IMG/VR virus record: IMGVR_UViG_3300044491_001791
Strand: one strand, 5' to 3'
DNA length: 20,000 nucleotides
Origin: an uncultured virus (IMG/VR IMGVR_UViG_3300044491_001791)
Taxonomy: Duplodnaviria > Heunggongvirae > Uroviricota > Caudoviricetes
Part shown: positions 16,131 to 20,000 of the stretch, in pieces
Layout of the letters: each line of letters opens with the position of its first letter
Numbering within the stretch: the stretch's first letter is position 1
Notes under the pieces: model-generated
What the model was told of the DNA's origin: nothing
The model's input: the letters and a program-made list of their open reading frames with translations, nothing else
The model's database searches: none
Program-made: the position numbers and the translations under genes

Positions 16131-16138
16131 TATTTATT
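16131..16138 (-). promoter_or_regulatory. Putative late-promoter motif AATAAATA
   Basis: Intergenic, upstream of the AGGA SD and ATG 16112. Confidence 0.5.
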
Positions 16139-17632
16139 TTATATCACAAACGATATTCCAGGCCACCATTGACCATTGTAATAAATTGTTAATCCTGGTG
16201 TGGTACCACCAAGCGGACTCCAATTAGTGCCATCTGCTATCGCCATCATACCGTCTGTTGGACTTGACGGCGGACTGTGTAACACGGGTAAACTCATTGT
16301 TGCTCTTGGAGCAACCACTGCCGTTCCACCTGACACATACGCTGTGAATGCCGAACTGTTTAGTGGTGTTGTCAGTGCCGCATCAGTGTACAAATTACCT
16401 GAACCGTTTATGTAATATGTTTGATTGTTTAATTCTGTTGTTCCCACAACACCTGTAATGGTTACCGTTGAGTTGGGATTAAAGTAATATGGATCGCTAA
16501 AACTTAAACTTGTTGTCGCACCCAGCGTAACACCTGAAATTGTTTTGGTTGCTTCGCCACCAATCTGTAGGTTTGCCTTATCCTTGTCCAATTGATAAGT
16601 TGGACCGTTGGTAGAATAGTTGCCACCATACCAAACCATTTCACCGTTTCCGTTGAACCCGCTATGACCATTGGCGCCGCCAGATGGTTCTTCCCCCCAG
16701 AAAATTAATCCACCAAACCCGGCAGTTATTGACAGATATGAACTTGATGTTAGACCAAATGTGCTAATGGTCGAACTGGATACTAAATGTCCATCACTAT
16801 TACGACTAAGTGTAGCGGCACTAAATTGATCATCACCAATCACCACGCTGGTTCCGAAATAACCTGTTCTTAGGAAATTGCCTGCCGCAATACCTAAATC
16901 GTATGCGTTATCAGTATCTGGCGTATAATTTTGATTAACTGCTGATAAATCAGCCCCGCCACCACCCGATATAGTAACATCACCCGAACCAAGCAATGAA
17001 GTTCCGTTAATGGTCTTGATGCTGGTTCCTGATACCAGTGTTGATTGAGCATCAGTAATTCCATACCCTGATATTGTAGTAGGTTTACCTGTTAGTGAAC
17101 TGTATGCACCATCGAACAATATATTAGTTAAATCTGCCAGTTGACTGACATCTGTTGGAAGTGTTGGTTTGTTGGATAAACTGTTGTAGTCGCCATCAAA
17201 TGCATCAGTAATTCCATATCCTGCTACTGTGGTTGGCTTACCTGTTAGTGAAGCAAACGATTGTGCTGGGAAAGTTAGGTTAGTTAGATTACTTCCATCT
17301 ATTGCTGGTAAAGCACCTGTAAGTGCAGTTGCATTAAGTTTTCCTGCAACACTGTCAACTAATATAGTTGAATCATCAGCGGCAATAGTACCTTTTAGAT
17401 CACCAACAAACTTTCCGTAAAATGTTCCAGTTGCTGAATCGTATGCTTTAGAACTATCACTACTAAACACATCGCCTTTAACATCTTGTACAAGAACAAT
17501 TTGTCCTTCTAATACAGTTACTTTTCCGTATAGTTCTGTAAAGTTATCATTGACTTTGCCAAATGCTGTACGGATTGGATCTCCGTCTCCTTTGTTTGCA
17601 CTTGAACCTACATTTATAATTCTTTGTGCCAT
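16139..17632 (-). CDS. Tail-fibre-like structural protein with gp9/gp10-type N-terminus
   Basis: N-terminus MAQRIINVGSSANKGDGDPIRTAFGKVNDNF and two LTGKPTTxxGYGITDA repeats. A distal beta module (VTITGVVGTTELN...SSAFTAYVSGG) resembles E1-FCCH-like domains seen in phage structural proteins. Confidence 0.8.
   Translation of the reverse strand: MAQRIINVGSSANKGDGDPIRTAFGKVNDNFTELYGKVTVLEGQIVLVQDVKGDVFSSDSSKAYDSATGTFYGKFVGDLKGTIAADDSTILVDSVAGKLNATALTGALPAIDGSNLTNLTFPAQSFASLTGKPTTVAGYGITDAFDGDYNSLSNKPTLPTDVSQLADLTNILFDGAYSSLTGKPTTISGYGITDAQSTLVSGTSIKTINGTSLLGSGDVTISGGGGADLSAVNQNYTPDTDNAYDLGIAAGNFLRTGYFGTSVVIGDDQFSAATLSRNSDGHLVSSSTISTFGLTSSSYLSITAGFGGLIFWGEEPSGGANGHSGFNGNGEMVWYGGNYSTNGPTYQLDKDKANLQIGGEATKTISGVTLGATTSLSFSDPYYFNPNSTVTITGVVGTTELNNQTYYINGSGNLYTDAALTTPLNSSAFTAYVSGGTAVVAPRATMSLPVLHSPPSSPTDGMMAIADGTNWSPLGGTTPGLTIYYNGQWWPGISFVI
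17048..17251 (-). repeat. Intragenic direct repeat, 2 copies of ~50 bp spaced 153 bp apart
   Basis: gcatcagtaattccata...tacctgttagtgaa at about 17049-17099 and 17202-17252, encoding SLTGKPTT(I/V)(S/A)GYGITDA. Confidence 0.85.
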
Positions 17633-20000
17633 TACACTCTCCCTACCACTGCTTCAATTGTGCCGTATCCAGGATCGTCTTTGGCCTGTAATGCTTTACC
17701 AATTACAGTTCCTACTTTTGGATCTGAACTTGCTATTGCATAACCTTCAATACTTGCTGTTACAAGCATATCACCTTTGCGTACCACACCAACAACATTT
17801 ACAGGAACTCTACCCTGTAATGCAATGGCTGTAACGTGTTCGCCCTCTGCACCTGCGTTCATTAAGTAACCTGGTTTTTCTGAAACAACTCCTGCTACTC
17901 TTGTGTCGCCTTTTAATTTTGTAACTGTTACTTCTGCATCGCCACCGAAGATTAATACACTTCCAGTTTCATATGTAGCGTCTGCAAGATAATTCTCAGC
18001 CAAGTCAGCGTATAATGCTGTGTTTGCTTGAGCACTTGTTGATATTGCGTAAACGTTTTGATAACGTTTTGTTGCACTACCTAAATCAAATACATCTGTT
18101 GTTCCTGGTAACATTGCTCCGGCAGTTACTACAAGTTGTTGTGAACCAGCAGTAACAAAACTAATTTGATCTGCATTTGAGAAACCAGTGTTTGCACCAA
18201 TACCAATACCTGTTGAATTATTATCACCTTCACCTGGTGCTTCGATAAATGATGTGTAAGTCCAATCAGCGGCCATATAGTTTTCGCCTGCCAATGCACT
18301 GTTTGTCTGGAATGTACTTTCAACGGCTTTCGCATTACCGATGTTTAAGTTACCAATCATTTTATTGTTGGTGGTTCCACTGCCAGTTGTTTGTGAACTT
18401 AAGAATAATGTTGTACTTGGGTTTGTAAAGTTTACAGTTGTTCCTGAAGTATCAATAATTCTTGCACTGTCAACTTCTAATGCTTGAACATTAATTGAAC
18501 CGTCTGTATGTGTTTTAACAATAGCATCTGGAGCACCAGCCGTAGTAAACACACCACCTGTGTTAACAATAGTTGAGAACGGAATAGCACTTACATCGCC
18601 TGATGCACTATCACCTTGTGCTCTACCAATTACAGTATCATCTGGAATATTTGCAATTTTACTAATAGGTAGTTGTCCATCATCGATACTAATAAATCCA
18701 TTAGTACTGCTGAACACTATACTATCAAAAACAGCAAGACCTAAGTTACCCTGTGTAATACCTGCGGCAGTTGCTCTTGTAGTTGCCGCCTGCATATTTA
18801 ATTTGCTTTGTGCAATTTGTGCCGCGGCGTTTACATCTGCGTTTACAATACTACCATCAGCAATACCTGTTGCTACAGTTTTGTCTCCAGCATTGTAAGT
18901 AAATTCAAAGTAACCTGTTGGTGTAGCAGTATCCCATTCTGTACCAGTCCAAATAATAATATCATTTGCCGCTCTTGCTCCATTAGCACCTGTTCCGTAC
19001 ATTAATGAATTACCAAACGGTGTTCGTCCATCTACATAACGTTTGTTTGTAGCATCAAATGGATCACCCGGATCACCTAATGCTGTAATGTTATAATTTG
19101 CCCAACTAATATTTGAACTTGGAGAAGTAGCACCGTCAAGTGCTAAGAAACCTGATCCAATTGGATTAGTTACTGCTTGTGAATTTTGATCAATGTGCAT
19201 ACGTCTGTTAACGTATCCACGCACTGCTGATTCAGTTGGTACTGAGTCAACAGCATTATCTGTCATTGCATCATCACTTGAGAATTCAGTAATAACAACA
19301 CCACGTTTAAATCCAATACCATCTAAGTTACTCAATGCAATTGAAGCCGCAAATGTAACTCGACCTGTACCTTGGTCAACTGTAAAGAATCTACCTACAC
19401 GGAAGAAACCGTCTTGGTCAGTTGATACGTAGAACACTCTACCTTTATCACGCTCTTGTACTTCGTGTGCTTGTATAGGATCTTGTGGAGCACCAAAGAT
19501 TTTACTTGGATAGTTAGAAGTATTAAATCCACCTGATCCAATATCGTTAAAGTCGTGTCCAGTTGCTCTACATACTGAGATGTTAACTGTTAAGCCTGCG
19601 TTTTCATTTGAGTTCAACCCAACACGTAAAGTAATTGCATCTGAATTTTGTACTGAACTTTGTAAACCTACGGCAACAACAGCATCGCCTAATGCCGCAT
19701 CGTTGATGTTAGTAACATCTTCAATTTCAATAGTACCGTATGTTCCTCTATCTGCATAACTTAGAATTCTGTGAGTTTTACCATCCCAACCAAAAATCAT
19801 ATCACCATTGTTAAGTCTATTAATTTCTGATTGTTCAGTTAATTTTGTAACAGCAATAACAGTATCACCTGCCGTAGCACCCATAGTAGTGCCTGAACCA
19901 GCGTGTGTATTATTAGCAACTTCATCTTGATTTACAATCACTCTAATGTAATCGTAGTTTGAGTCAAATGTAATTAACTGTTGGTTAGCACCTGGAAGAG
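17632..20000 (-). CDS. Very large tail-fibre/virion structural protein, C-terminal part (starts beyond the window)
   Basis: The frame stays open from the track's GTG 19941 to the edge (LPGANQQLITFDSNYDYIRV...). Contains the ITALGDP...DATNKRYVD fibre motif and a C-terminal ADLAENY...ALQGRVPV...KGDMLV...VIGKAL domain. Confidence 0.85.
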   Translation of the reverse strand, partial: LPGANQQLITFDSNYDYIRVIVNQDEVANNTHAGSGTTMGATAGDTVIAVTKLTEQSEINRLNNGDMIFGWDGKTHRILSYADRGTYGTIEIEDVTNINDAALGDAVVAVGLQSSVQNSDAITLRVGLNSNENAGLTVNISVCRATGHDFNDIGSGGFNTSNYPSKIFGAPQDPIQAHEVQERDKGRVFYVSTDQDGFFRVGRFFTVDQGTGRVTFAASIALSNLDGIGFKRGVVITEFSSDDAMTDNAVDSVPTESAVRGYVNRRMHIDQNSQAVTNPIGSGFLALDGATSPSSNISWANYNITALGDPGDPFDATNKRYVDGRTPFGNSLMYGTGANGARAANDIIIWTGTEWDTATPTGYFEFTYNAGDKTVATGIADGSIVNADVNAAAQIAQSKLNMQAATTRATAAGITQGNLGLAVFDSIVFSSTNGFISIDDGQLPISKIANIPDDTVIGRAQGDSASGDVSAIPFSTIVNTGGVFTTAGAPDAIVKTHTDGSINVQALEVDSARIIDTSGTTVNFTNPSTTLFLSSQTTGSGTTNNKMIGNLNIGNAKAVESTFQTNSALAGENYMAADWTYTSFIEAPGEGDNNSTGIGIGANTGFSNADQISFVTAGSQQLVVTAGAMLPGTTDVFDLGSATKRYQNVYAISTSAQANTALYADLAENYLADATYETGSVLIFGGDAEVTVTKLKGDTRVAGVVSEKPGYLMNAGAEGEHVTAIALQGRVPVNVVGVVRKGDMLVTASIEGYAIASSDPKVGTVIGKALQAKDDPGYGTIEAVVGRV

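Noticed and set aside
17048..17251. Direct repeats as a CRISPR array or DGR template/variable repeat
   Set aside because: There are only two degenerate in-frame copies, differing mostly at synonymous sites rather than specifically at adenines. No cas or reverse transcriptase gene is in the window.
1720..19432. All plus-strand ORFs and the short nested minus-strand ORFs in the track (e.g. 10579..11106 +, 6399..6767 +, 2892..3167 -)
   Set aside because: They overlap well-supported minus-strand genes, have no recognisable motifs, and look like antisense or alternate-frame shadows.
1..20000. tRNA, rRNA or structured ncRNA genes, and alternative genetic code
   Set aside because: All intergenic gaps are under about 50 bp, and the standard code gives full-length genes at very high coding density, using TAA, TGA and TAG stops.

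Overview
This is a 20 kb, AT-rich, gene-dense segment of a large dsDNA tailed phage with T4-like/myovirus character. Every credible gene is on the minus strand. The host is possibly a marine Alphaproteobacterium, inferred from an FdxA-type ferredoxin. In transcription order (right to left), the window starts with a virion-structural block (about 20000-7736): tail-fibre/baseplate-like proteins, an Ig-repeat protein and a subtilase carrying a ~316-aa insert. Several of these genes are preceded by a recurring (G/A)ATAAATA late-promoter-like motif. Next come a truncated DnaE-like polymerase fragment, a hypothetical gene, GroES and MazG. The last part is a tightly coupled operon (5715 to <1): TagD-like cytidylyltransferase, clamp loader, APS-kinase-like kinase, small HxGH nucleotidyltransferase, sulfotransferase, 7Fe ferredoxin, parvulin, 2OG-Fe(II) oxygenase, ThyX, dCMP deaminase and a partial hypothetical gene. 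The best candidate for an undescribed system is the overlapping kinase + mini-nucleotidyltransferase + sulfotransferase triad. It could be a self-contained phage PAPS-synthesis and sulfation pathway using a non-canonical minimal ATP sulfurylase. Also notable are a DnaE half that ends just before its catalytic aspartates, a subtilase split by a metal-site-like domain, and two apparently leaderless sigma70 promoters. I saw no RNA genes, CRISPR arrays or mobile elements. All family calls come from motif recognition by eye; no database search was run.
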